DNA from: Candidatus Omnitrophota bacterium
GTDB taxonomy: Bacteria; Omnitrophota; Gorgyraeia; Gygaellales; Profunditerraquicolaceae
Length of the DNA stretch: 64,000 nucleotides
Assembly (NCBI GenBank): GCA_018825985.1
Contig: JAHKAP010000071.1
Coordinates: forward strand, 7,556 to 71,555
Reading direction: 5' to 3'
Program-made: the position numbers and the translations under genes
Shown: piece by piece, positions 39,443 to 48,655 of the stretch
Layout: each line of letters begins with the position of its first letter
Numbering within the stretch: the first letter of the stretch is position 1
The notes under the pieces: generated by a model
Databases searched by the model: none
Told to the model about the DNA's origin: nothing
What the model saw: the letters and a program-made list of their open reading frames with translations, nothing else

Positions 39443-39813
39443 CTCTCTATTAACCAAGCGATTAATGGCGCGATTATAACTATAGCCCTGTAAAGAAACT
39501 GCTGATTTTCGGCGCCACAGTTGATTAATTTATCATTTTTTATTATACCACAAACCCGGCCTAAAAGCATTTCTTCAGTTATTTTTTCCGGCGCTGATAA
39601 TGAAAGGTCTCCCCGGGTATAAAGTAAGTAATTTTCCCCGGGTTTATCTTTTCTTATCAAGCGATGGCAAACAATCTGATTGCCGGAATTATATAAGAGC
39701 AAATCCCCTGTTTTTAAATCCTTAAGGGGAGTTTTTCTGACAATTACCTTCTGGCCTGACTTTAAGAAAGGCCACATACTTTGCCCGCTAACCTCAAAAA
39801 ACAATAAATCCAT
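39421..39813 (-). CDS. S24/S26 signal-peptidase-like protein (Ser-His type)
   Basis: VSGQSMWPFLKSG, GDLLLY, VCHRLI, TRGD. Confidence 0.85.
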   Translation of the reverse strand: MDLLFFEVSGQSMWPFLKSGQKVIVRKTPLKDLKTGDLLLYNSGNQIVCHRLIRKDKPGENYLLYTRGDLSLSAPEKITEEMLLGRVCGIIKNDKLINCGAENQQFLYRAIVIIAPLIAWLIERGQRLFN

Positions 39814-39814
39814 A

Positions 39815-40615
39815 TTAATAGGGACAGCGACTATTTTCTATTCTTCCTTCGGCCTGCCTACTGGCAATTGAAACAACCTTTTGTGAAGATTTTTCTCTAG
39901 CGTTTCTATAAACCCGCTTGTTCCCAAAGGACGACCGGTAAGTGTGTATTTTCTAATATTTTGTAAGATATTACCTTCTTCCGAATAATCAATATAATTT
40001 CGCCAATAGTTATAGGACATACCTGTTATTTCAAAAAAATTTTCAAACTCAAAAATCTTATCTTTTTGTTGGTTGGTATGAGCCAATGCACTCGACCATT
40101 CCCATTCCCATGGCTTTTTTACCAATCCCGCACGCACTGGGTTTCGTTCAACATAACGAACAGCTAGTATCAAATGAGCTTCATCTAAAGCGCATGAATA
40201 AAAACGGCCTTGCCATAGATGCCCGCGTTGCTGCAGTTTTTTGTTAAAATATTGCGCATATCGCATATGGGCAATATTAAATGTCTTGGCCAATGAATCA
40301 TTTTCTGCAGGAATACCCACAAAATGAACATGATTTTGCATTAAACAATAGGCTAAAATACAAAGGCCATATTGTTTGCTATATTCTTTTATCCATTCAA
40401 GGTATTGTTTCCTATCATGAACATCAGAGAAAACATCCTGTTGATAATTCCCTCTCTGGGTAATGTGATGTGGCAACCCTCTCGCTACAACTCTTGCAAT
40501 TCTAGTCATATTCAATCCCTCCTCTCTACTATTAATAGACGTAGAGAAAAAGAATTTCTAACTAAAATATTTCACATATTTCAAAGAACAATAAAATAGT
40601 CGCTGTCCCTATTAA
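39815..40615. mobile_element. RAYT unit flanked by one inverted pair of family-A REP arms
   Basis: ttaatagggacagcgactatttt (39815-39837) and its exact reverse complement aaaatagtcgctgtccctattaa (40593-40615). Confidence 0.85.
39838..40515 (-). CDS. REP-associated tyrosine transposase (RAYT, Y1 HUH)
   Basis: HHITQRGN, YCLMQNHVH (HUH), LWQGRF, YVERNPVRAG, WEWSS. Confidence 0.92.
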   Translation of the reverse strand: MNMTRIARVVARGLPHHITQRGNYQQDVFSDVHDRKQYLEWIKEYSKQYGLCILAYCLMQNHVHFVGIPAENDSLAKTFNIAHMRYAQYFNKKLQQRGHLWQGRFYSCALDEAHLILAVRYVERNPVRAGLVKKPWEWEWSSALAHTNQQKDKIFEFENFFEITGMSYNYWRNYIDYSEEGNILQNIRKYTLTGRPLGTSGFIETLEKNLHKRLFQLPVGRPKEE

Positions 40616-40687
40616 ATATTCAAAAAACAATAAATTATTCATTTTCTATTTAAGAGATAGTCCATCTCATAGTTAATGATTGACGGA

Positions 40688-41611
40688 CTATTGGCCAGTT
40701 GAAACTTTCGTAGATACGCCCCAGGTCTGAGATTCTTTATAAGTATACGCGCCCTTGGATATAGGATCGAGAACTTGGCTAAGGAAATAGCTTAAATCAG
40801 AGACGAATTTTCTGGGTACAAAGACAATATCCTGGGACTGCAGAATAACGTTCTGGCGCAAATCACCCTTAAAGACCTTGGCGACATTTATCCTCTGTAT
40901 ATTGGGGGCATTAAATCCTCCCCGGATCAAAACTGTGCTGGAGGGCACGCCATCCCGGGTCAAGCCACCGGCCATAGAGATCGCTTCCATCAGGGTCCGG
41001 GCGCCGGTAACTGAATAAAGGCCGGGCGCGTTAACCTGGCCCAATATCATGACCCTGGCCCCTCCCATCTTCTTTAAAGAAATAGAAACCTCAGGATATT
41101 TAATGAAATCTTTTAGCTTTTCAGTAATAACCTCATCCAGTCCCGGGATGGTCAGGCCGGCAGCCTGGATATCTCCAACCAGAGGAAAAGAGATCTTTCC
41201 GTCAGGGCGGACAATCACATCCTGATCAAGGTCCTGATTCTGCCATACCGTAATACGCAGGTTATCGTCCTCTCCGATCAGATACTGGTTTACATTAGCC
41301 GGGGTTTGAGCCTTAATAGCTACAATCAGATCAGCTGTTTTTTCCAAGGATTGATTTTTATTATCGGAAACTGCAGGCTTAACAATAGCTTTATTCGGCT
41401 CAGGTTTTAGCGGATTAGCCAAATTCATAGCCTGATTGTATTCGTCTTCGGCATCCTTAAACTTTCCCTGTTGATAATAAAGGTTACCCCTTAAATAATG
41501 CTCCCTTATCATATCCTGGGTATCATTATACTCGGAATAAACCGGACCCCAGATTAAAACAATAAATAATACGGTTATATAAATATTATTTTTGATGAGG
41601 CGCAATGGCAT
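40688..41611 (-). CDS. wza: Wza-like polysaccharide export protein (Poly_export + SLBB) with an N-terminal TPR
   Basis: YLIGEDD, VRPDGKISFPLVG, GQVNAPG, AISMAGG, DIVFVP. Confidence 0.9.
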   Translation of the reverse strand: MPLRLIKNNIYITVLFIVLIWGPVYSEYNDTQDMIREHYLRGNLYYQQGKFKDAEDEYNQAMNLANPLKPEPNKAIVKPAVSDNKNQSLEKTADLIVAIKAQTPANVNQYLIGEDDNLRITVWQNQDLDQDVIVRPDGKISFPLVGDIQAAGLTIPGLDEVITEKLKDFIKYPEVSISLKKMGGARVMILGQVNAPGLYSVTGARTLMEAISMAGGLTRDGVPSSTVLIRGGFNAPNIQRINVAKVFKGDLRQNVILQSQDIVFVPRKFVSDLSYFLSQVLDPISKGAYTYKESQTWGVSTKVSTGQ

Positions 41612-41612
41612 T

Positions 41613-43094
41613 TTAGTTTTGCTTATCCGATTCCAGGATGACTTCAATCTTGCGTTTCAGATCATCGGATTTCTGTTTTACTTTGGGATCAATCGCTGAA
41701 CCGGTTATGGACTGCCCGGAGGGAGAATTTCTTTCCTGAAGGGCGGCATTAAGTTTCAACACGGTAGACAGGTCATCCAGGGTTTTCCTTTGACGAGCCC
41801 TGTTTTCAGCCAGTTCTTTCTCTAGCTCAGCTGAACGCAATCTTAAGCTAGCCACCTCATCCCTTAAAGTATCCATTTCTTTTCTGCGGTCGGAGAGTTC
41901 TTTTTCTTTCGCAGCCACAAAATCAGAAAGCTGATTCACCTGCATTTTTAAACTGTTAAAAGACAGGTCGGTTTCCTGCAGCCTGGCCAGTTTAAGCTGA
42001 AGCGATTTATTTTCATCTTCAAATTTAGTCAACTGTTGGGTAAGGTAATTAAGGTTTTTCTGAAGGGAATCAGCCAGATCGTTCTTTTTAGCCAGTTCAT
42101 CTTTCATATCCCGCAGCCGGTATTGAGAAGAGACTTTTTCCGCCTCAACCTCTTTAAATTTATCCCGGTCGATCTGAGCCTCGCTTAAATTCTTCTCTAA
42201 AACAGTTATCCTGTTCTGCAGGGCGGTTATTTTAGCTATTGATTCTTTGGCCTCTTTTTTGGCCTGGTCCAGATCCAGTTCTTTCCTGGCTAAGATCTCG
42301 GATAGCCTGGTCAACTGCAAAGAGCCGTTAGCTTCGCCTGGTTCTTTGAGATTACTTGGCAGTCTGCCTGCTTTAGCCCGGGATACCTCGGATTCCAGGC
42401 TCCTGACCTGATTTTCTTTTTCAGCCAGGCTCGCCTTTAATTTATTTATATTATCAATAAAAGCCTGGGTTGCATTACCCCTGTCGCTAGTATCTTTCTT
42501 GGAAACGCCCAGCCTCACCTGTAATTCTTTATTGGCGTCCATCAAAATCACCTGGGCCTGCTTTAACTTGGCCAATTCATTTTTCTGCTTATCTATCTCA
42601 TCATCCTTTATAAGGGCAGCTTTCTCAAACTCTTCCATTTTTTTCTTTAAGGGAGAGATGAATTTCTTATCCACATTACCCAGATCATCCTTCACCCGCC
42701 TTGACTCTTCTAATATCTGGCTGAATTCCCTGGTTAGATTCTGCAGGCGGCTTGAGATACTTAAGTTTGTCTCTTGTAATGCGGATTTTTCAGTCCTTAA
42801 CCGGTCGATCTCACGGCTAAGCTGCTCGATCGTGCCCTGGGAATTACTTAAAGCAGACTTGATCCCCTGGATATCGCGCAGCTCATTCAGGCGTTTTTCT
42901 TTTTCTATCAATGATGATTTTACCTCTTCTTTTTCTTTGAGCGCTTTTTTCAATGAATCATTGAGCCTGGACCTTTCAGCCTTAAACTTAACTGAAACGG
43001 TAGAAAAAAATAAGACGAATGCTATAATGACAATTACCAGATAAACAAACTTTCCGTATTTTGACGCACGCATAGCAAGCCACAATCCAAACAT
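41613..43094 (-). CDS. Membrane-anchored long coiled-coil protein
   Basis: N-terminal hydrophobic helix, then ~450 aa of E/K/L/Q-rich heptads. Confidence 0.7.
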   Translation of the reverse strand: MFGLWLAMRASKYGKFVYLVIVIIAFVLFFSTVSVKFKAERSRLNDSLKKALKEKEEVKSSLIEKEKRLNELRDIQGIKSALSNSQGTIEQLSREIDRLRTEKSALQETNLSISSRLQNLTREFSQILEESRRVKDDLGNVDKKFISPLKKKMEEFEKAALIKDDEIDKQKNELAKLKQAQVILMDANKELQVRLGVSKKDTSDRGNATQAFIDNINKLKASLAEKENQVRSLESEVSRAKAGRLPSNLKEPGEANGSLQLTRLSEILARKELDLDQAKKEAKESIAKITALQNRITVLEKNLSEAQIDRDKFKEVEAEKVSSQYRLRDMKDELAKKNDLADSLQKNLNYLTQQLTKFEDENKSLQLKLARLQETDLSFNSLKMQVNQLSDFVAAKEKELSDRRKEMDTLRDEVASLRLRSAELEKELAENRARQRKTLDDLSTVLKLNAALQERNSPSGQSITGSAIDPKVKQKSDDLKRKIEVILESDKQN

Positions 43095-43099
43095 TATTT

Positions 43100-44161
43100 T
43101 TATCCCTCTTTTAAGTATTCCAGGCAATCTTCGATATAAAGCACTGGGTTCCCGGCCAGGTCAATCTTTTTTACTTCTTTTAAGGGTTTACCAAAAGCAT
43201 CCTGAATAATATTAACCACCGGCCTAAGAGGCAAGGCTTCATTCTCTTCTATCACTACCCCTATTTCTTTGGTATTTAAACTCACCTTTATGCCTACCGG
43301 AAAAATACCGACCCTTTCAATCAGAACCTTGATTATCCTGGAATTAAACTCACCCTTATTGTTTAAAATAACATTTATAGCCTGTAAAGGAGTATTTTTT
43401 TTCCGGTACGGACGGTCATGGATCATTGCCTCATAAACATCAGCTACTGCCAGTATTTGAGCATACTCGTTTATCTCGTTTCCTTTTAAGCCTGACGGGT
43501 AACCCGAACCGTCACAGCGCTCATGCTCCTGGCGCACCGTTTCAAGCACCTTTTGGCCTAAACCTTTACAATAATTACTTAAAATGTCCGAACCAACCGC
43601 AGGATGCTCCTTAATGATTTTAAACTCCTCAGCGCTTAACTTTTTAGGCATATTAATTATATCCATATACTTGGTTATTCCGATATCATGCAAGAGCGAT
43701 GCGTTGCCGAGTTCAATTAATTGCGGCTTATCATAACCTAACCCCATGCCTAAATCTAAGGAAATAATAGAGGAATTTAATACATGATAAAAGAGATAAT
43801 CTTCGGGAATGGGATAATCATAAAGACACTGCCGTAAAAGTTCTTTGCGAACCCGATTCCGGGCCAGGATAGCGTTTATCCTTTCTAACAGGCTCTCAAT
43901 TCCCGGATCAATACTAAAAGACTTACCCAGGTCCGCGCTATATATCTGTTTAATCTTAGCTAATACCTCTTCGTAAAGAATATGGCTGTCCTCAATCTTT
44001 TCTTCCGGAACATCCTTATTCAATACCGAAGCTATATTTACCTCCTGAATCGGTTCCTTTTTAGGAGGCGGAATTTCTTTAGGGCCTGGATCATTAACCA
44101 TCCGGGCTTCTTTAGCTTTTTCCTCTTTGTTCTTTTTCAGGATATCGGATAAATTGAACAT
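43100..44161 (-). CDS. HD-GYP domain protein
   Basis: LLHDIG, EHERCDGSGYP, ADVYEAM, DRPYRK. Confidence 0.9.
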   Translation of the reverse strand: MFNLSDILKKNKEEKAKEARMVNDPGPKEIPPPKKEPIQEVNIASVLNKDVPEEKIEDSHILYEEVLAKIKQIYSADLGKSFSIDPGIESLLERINAILARNRVRKELLRQCLYDYPIPEDYLFYHVLNSSIISLDLGMGLGYDKPQLIELGNASLLHDIGITKYMDIINMPKKLSAEEFKIIKEHPAVGSDILSNYCKGLGQKVLETVRQEHERCDGSGYPSGLKGNEINEYAQILAVADVYEAMIHDRPYRKKNTPLQAINVILNNKGEFNSRIIKVLIERVGIFPVGIKVSLNTKEIGVVIEENEALPLRPVVNIIQDAFGKPLKEVKKIDLAGNPVLYIEDCLEYLKEG

Positions 44162-44162
44162 T

Positions 44163-45038
44163 TTATATATCTAATTTCTTACCCTGCCCGTCGGAATAAG
44201 CAGATGGGGTTGAAGAAGTGGGAACATCGGATTCCGAGTATTTCAAGTCTTCGGTTATCTTTACAATGGTTTTTCTATCAATTATCTTTAAACCGCTGCC
44301 GAAACCGATTAATAAAGCCAAATCACAAACAGTATTGATCTTACGAGGGGTGCCGCTGGCAGCCAGATATATTTCTCTAAAACAATCGTCTTCAAATACC
44401 GGCCGGGTTGAACCAGCCACCTCTAAACGATGAAGGATATATTCCCTGGTCTCAAACTCATCCAGCTTGGTCAAATGGTATTTGACCGCCATCCTTTGGG
44501 TCAACTGGGGAAGGTTAGCGATTACGCTTTTTAATTCAGGCTGGCCGATCATGATGATAGTCAGAAGAAACGCGTTATCCAGCTGAAAATTCAGGAGCAG
44601 TCTTAATTCCTCAAAAATATCGGTCCCTTGTATGGCCTGGGCTTCATCAATGACTATAACGGTGTGCTTATCGACGTTAAAATTGGAGTAAAATATCTTA
44701 TGCAGTTGATGAAACAATTCAACCTTGGAATCGCTGACCTGGCCTCCGGTCAGTTGATGAGTAATCTCCTGTATAAATTCTAAGGCGGTTAAACGGGGAT
44801 TAAGAATAAAAACCGCGTGGTAGCGGTTTTCCTGCTGTAACTCATGCCAGAGGACCCGGCTTAAAAGGGTTTTTCCGCTGCCGAATTCTCCGGTCAAAAG
44901 AGCGGCGCCTTTATGTTCCCTGACCACATACAAAAGCCTGGCCAGCGCCTCCTTGTGTTTCTGGGAATAATAAATAAAACGCGGGTCCGGCGTATTCTCA
45001 AAAGGCTTTTCTTTTAATCCCCAAAAGTCCTCATACAT
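44163..45038 (-). CDS. ExeA/GspA-type AAA ATPase (2)
   Basis: MYEDFWGLKEKPF, GEFGSGKT, IDEAQ, GQPEL, GTPRKIN. Confidence 0.9.
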   Translation of the reverse strand: MYEDFWGLKEKPFENTPDPRFIYYSQKHKEALARLLYVVREHKGAALLTGEFGSGKTLLSRVLWHELQQENRYHAVFILNPRLTALEFIQEITHQLTGGQVSDSKVELFHQLHKIFYSNFNVDKHTVIVIDEAQAIQGTDIFEELRLLLNFQLDNAFLLTIIMIGQPELKSVIANLPQLTQRMAVKYHLTKLDEFETREYILHRLEVAGSTRPVFEDDCFREIYLAASGTPRKINTVCDLALLIGFGSGLKIIDRKTIVKITEDLKYSESDVPTSSTPSAYSDGQGKKLDI

Positions 45039-45043
45039 ACTTT

Positions 45044-45646
45044 TTATTTAGCGGGAGCGGAAACAAGCGCTTTTTTGCTTACAGCGACGAATGAAAAATC
45101 CTTAGTGGTCTTTTCATCAATGTGATAGCTAAGCATGCCTTTCATATTCTGGGCATCAGCGCTGACCTCTCCCCGCCAGAAAACTACTGTAGCCGGGGAT
45201 TTTTCAGAAGTCTGCATGGTCTCCCACACTGCCGAGCCATCAGGCTGGGGGCTTAAGGTATAATTAGTGGGAGGAAAATGCAAGCCGATATAACCCGACA
45301 CAGAGATCTGATTATTCCTTAAGACCAGTATTTCGGTCTCTTTTTTCACTTTTTGCGCGGTTGTAACCGGAGTCAATTCCAGGATCCACTCGGTATTATT
45401 CAATTCCGCGCGCATCTTATCGATTAAGGCCTTCCGGGCATTGATCAACTCAACCTGAGCTTTATTATCCGCTTTTTTTACCGCATCAGGCGCTCTGACC
45501 GGCTCTGCTTTTTTTACTTCGGCCTGAATTGTTGGCGCTACTTTTACCGGTTCTTCTTTCTTCTTTCCCCACCAGCTAGCTTCGGCAATCGGTAAATTAA
45601 CCATTAATAACCCAACCACTAATGACCCTATTACGAACTTCATCAT
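45044..45646 (-). CDS. Exported hypothetical protein
   Basis: Signal peptide ending AEA; strong RBS; beta-rich C-terminal domain. Confidence 0.7.
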   Translation of the reverse strand: MMKFVIGSLVVGLLMVNLPIAEASWWGKKKEEPVKVAPTIQAEVKKAEPVRAPDAVKKADNKAQVELINARKALIDKMRAELNNTEWILELTPVTTAQKVKKETEILVLRNNQISVSGYIGLHFPPTNYTLSPQPDGSAVWETMQTSEKSPATVVFWRGEVSADAQNMKGMLSYHIDEKTTKDFSFVAVSKKALVSAPAK

Positions 45647-45663
45647 CTCCCTCCTCCTATTTT

Positions 45664-46623
45664 TTAATCAACCGGTTTCTTCCCTTCCCAGGTCTGCCAG
45701 GTAAGAATATACTTCTTTACCCAGTCGACATCTTTATCTTCAGCTTTAGCTAATTTTAGAAACTTACGGAAATTCTCAATAGCCTTAGGCCTGTTGCCTA
45801 AATACTCGGCATAAATATAACCCAGGTTATAATGAGAATACGGGTCATCCGGATTCAACTCAATAGCTTTTTCAAATTCAGCCGTGGCCCTAGAAAATTC
45901 TTTACTCTGAGTATAAAACACGCCCAGGTTGTAATGCATAAGCGCGGTCTCTTTTATTAAAACCTTGTTTTCGCGGGCTAATTCCGCGAATTTCGCGGGG
46001 ATCTGAGCGATCTTTTGTTCTAAAGACCGGTTTTTTGCCAGCGCGCCTTCATAAAGCTTCTTGGAATCGTTTAATTGCCGTCGATAGATCTCAACCTGGG
46101 CATAAGCGTCCAGCTTTTGTTCATCCAAAAGTTTTACTTTCTGCTCCAGTATTTTAAAACGCCGGATTAAATCGGTATTTTCTTTTTGGAGATCAGCTAT
46201 CTTCTTGCGCGTTTCAGGAACTATTCTATACTCAATTTTGATTTTTTCAAGAGAATTCTTTAGGTTTTCTTTCTCCTGAACCAATTGAGCCTGAGCACTT
46301 TCCAACTCTTCGAGCCTCTGTTGTAAAAGCGCGCTCTGTTCAAGCCTGGCCTGAAGTTCCTTCTGCAACCTATCCTTTTCTATTTGAACCTTACGGTCAT
46401 CAGCCTCCTTATTGTCAAATTTGTTCTTATATTCATAGAGGTTTTTGATCTGGATCAAAAGATTATCCCGGTCAGCGACTACCTCCTGGTTTTGATTTTT
46501 CAGGTCCTCATATTTTTTCTCCCAGCTCTCCTGGGCTAATGCTGTATTAATAATAGAAAAGGTAAAGGTAGAGGTATAGGTAAAGATAAATACAAAAAAT
46601 ATTCTGTTAAAGATCTTTTTCAT
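45664..46623 (-). CDS. Exported coiled-coil protein with C-terminal TPRs (short paralog)
   Basis: Signal peptide ALA-Q; coiled coil; HYNLGVFY...HYNLGYIY. Confidence 0.85.
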   Translation of the reverse strand: MKKIFNRIFFVFIFTYTSTFTFSIINTALAQESWEKKYEDLKNQNQEVVADRDNLLIQIKNLYEYKNKFDNKEADDRKVQIEKDRLQKELQARLEQSALLQQRLEELESAQAQLVQEKENLKNSLEKIKIEYRIVPETRKKIADLQKENTDLIRRFKILEQKVKLLDEQKLDAYAQVEIYRRQLNDSKKLYEGALAKNRSLEQKIAQIPAKFAELARENKVLIKETALMHYNLGVFYTQSKEFSRATAEFEKAIELNPDDPYSHYNLGYIYAEYLGNRPKAIENFRKFLKLAKAEDKDVDWVKKYILTWQTWEGKKPVD

Positions 46624-48422
46624 TTTTCCCCCTCGGAAATTCTTGCCGGCTTTATGTCAATGGTTCTTTCTTCTATTTTACGCTCTGGATAATCCTGGAA
46701 AGCCTTGGGCGCGCCCGCTTCAGACTCTTCATTTATAGGCTTATAGTTTTGATATTCTTTATCTAAACGATACTGTAGATCGCGGTCATAGCCGGTTATA
46801 AACTCATCCCCTTTTATAATATGCGGGGTAATTAAAACCAGTAATTCGGTCCGGACGACTTTGGTGCTATCCTGGGAAAAAGCCTTACCTAAAAAAGGTA
46901 TCTTGCTTAAAAAAGGAGTTGCCTGCGAGTCTTTAACTTTCTCTTCCTTGCTTAACCCTCCGACTAGAATAGTCGTACCCTGTTTAACCATAACCGTGGT
47001 CTCAGCGGTAGAGGTATCGATTATAGGAATTTTATTCCCCTGGCTGGTCTCCAGGTAACTAAGAACGCTGCTGATCTCAGGCTTTATCTTTAATGTGACA
47101 AAACCTTCATCATTGATAGTGGGGGTCAGAAATAACTGCAGGCCTACATCGATATAAGTAACCGCCTCTGAGATGGTATCGGTGCTCTGGCTTTTGGTGG
47201 TAGTAGTCGTAATATATGCCTGCTTCTCGCCAACATGGATCTTGGCCTCCTGATTATTTATTACCGCTAATTTCGGATTAGAAAGTATCCGGGTCTCGCC
47301 TAATGTTTGCAGATATTTGATTATCGTATCAAAATCCTGGTCCTTAGTTACCATCCCAAGATGCATCTCCTGAGTCCCGATACTTTGTTTACCGCCGGCA
47401 AAATCAGCTGTGCTGGTCCCGGAAAAAGGATAGGAACCTACGGCATTTTGTTGATTCAGGGTCGCCAGCCTGGATTGCCAACCGGTAGTTGTGCTATTGA
47501 CTACATAACTAAAAGGATAAGCGCCAAGATAGGTTAAACCGCTATTAATTCCCAGGTCGAATAAACCCTCCCACTGTATACCGCTGCTTAATTGATTATT
47601 TAGCTTGACTTGAACTATCTTAGCGTCAATAAGGACTTGCTTGGTTTTTCCATCCAAACCATCTATCAATTTACTTATCTGCTCCATACGCTCAGGCAAG
47701 GTCTGAACAATAACTTGATTAGTCCGCTCGTCTGCCTTGATGTATCCGACTTTTTTTAAGTCCAGCTGAACCTGCAGCTGCGTCTCTACTTCTTTGGCCC
47801 GGGCGTACTTTAAATTAAATATCCGGATATCACTCATCTTCTCCATTGCCTTTACCGCCTCTTCCATATCGGATATCTTCTCCGGGGTATCTATGATCAA
47901 CACTGCTCCCGAATCAGCATCGATCATGACCTTGCCTACTTCGCTTTTAAAGGCATTGAGTAAAGTTGTGGCGTTTTCCGGTATAGTATAATTAATATGC
48001 AATACTTTGACCTGTCGCAGATCGGTAAAATTCTTTCCGTAACGGGCTTTAAATTCTTTTTCGGTCATTACGTTATAGATACTGCCTTGTTTATCATAGG
48101 CCAGGCTATTGCTGCGCAGCATTATATCAAATACATCTTTAACCGGGACATTGTCTACCATTAGAGTAATTCTGCCCCCCACATCCTTGGTTGGTATGAT
48201 ATTCAAGTTAGCCTTGCCGGCCAGAAATTTTAGGGCCTCATTCACCTCAATATCCCGCAGGTCCAAAGAGATGATTTTATCATTAAACTCCGGGGTCGGC
48301 GTAGACTGAGGGCCCATACCGATTAAAGCTGCCAGATGTTTATTATCATCCGCTGCCCGGGTAAAACCCAAAGTCAAATGGGCCGCAATAATTACAAATA
48401 TTATTACCCTTAATAACTTCAT
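46620..48422 (-). CDS. Secretin (GspD/PilQ family) (2)
   Basis: SLDLRDI N0 domain, LSNPKLAVINNQEAKIHVGE, PFLSKIPFLGKAF, ELLVLITPHII. Confidence 0.92.
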   Translation of the reverse strand: MKLLRVIIFVIIAAHLTLGFTRAADDNKHLAALIGMGPQSTPTPEFNDKIISLDLRDIEVNEALKFLAGKANLNIIPTKDVGGRITLMVDNVPVKDVFDIMLRSNSLAYDKQGSIYNVMTEKEFKARYGKNFTDLRQVKVLHINYTIPENATTLLNAFKSEVGKVMIDADSGAVLIIDTPEKISDMEEAVKAMEKMSDIRIFNLKYARAKEVETQLQVQLDLKKVGYIKADERTNQVIVQTLPERMEQISKLIDGLDGKTKQVLIDAKIVQVKLNNQLSSGIQWEGLFDLGINSGLTYLGAYPFSYVVNSTTTGWQSRLATLNQQNAVGSYPFSGTSTADFAGGKQSIGTQEMHLGMVTKDQDFDTIIKYLQTLGETRILSNPKLAVINNQEAKIHVGEKQAYITTTTTKSQSTDTISEAVTYIDVGLQLFLTPTINDEGFVTLKIKPEISSVLSYLETSQGNKIPIIDTSTAETTVMVKQGTTILVGGLSKEEKVKDSQATPFLSKIPFLGKAFSQDSTKVVRTELLVLITPHIIKGDEFITGYDRDLQYRLDKEYQNYKPINEESEAGAPKAFQDYPERKIEERTIDIKPARISEGEK

Positions 48423-48650
48423 CTATATGCCCACCAACTTTTTACGGATCAACACAAGAGGATAACCTTCGCTCGTAAGCGCGGATATCTTCTTAATGGA
48501 TTTATCCACCTGCTCCCGCTTATAAAAACGGATATTACTCTTTTTAAAAGCTATCCTTAACAAACCCACGCTGGTATATCGATTTATGGTCTGATAAGAA
48601 ATACGGTACTTTTTTTCTATATCTTTCGCGTCAATATATTTATTATTCAT
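48423..48650 (-). CDS. Small MerR-type HTH protein (2)
   Basis: ISYQTINRYTSVGLL...NIRFY...EGYPLVLIR; paralog of 57047. Confidence 0.8.
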   Translation of the reverse strand: MNNKYIDAKDIEKKYRISYQTINRYTSVGLLRIAFKKSNIRFYKREQVDKSIKKISALTSEGYPLVLIRKKLVGI

Positions 48651-48655
48651 CTTTT

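Noticed and set aside
32868-39813. Lasso peptide or PQQ biosynthesis cluster
   Set aside because: No asparagine-synthetase-like cyclase or B2 protease; no pqqB/pqqC; the peptide lacks the PqqA ExxxY motif
38806-39837. Recurrent GGGACAGCGACTATTTT units as a CRISPR array
   Set aside because: Units alternate in orientation, are separated by whole genes rather than uniform spacers, and no cas genes are present
39838-40515. IS200/IS605 TnpA
   Set aside because: Length (225 aa), the NPVRAG and WSS motifs, absence of tnpB and the flanking REP arms fit RAYT better
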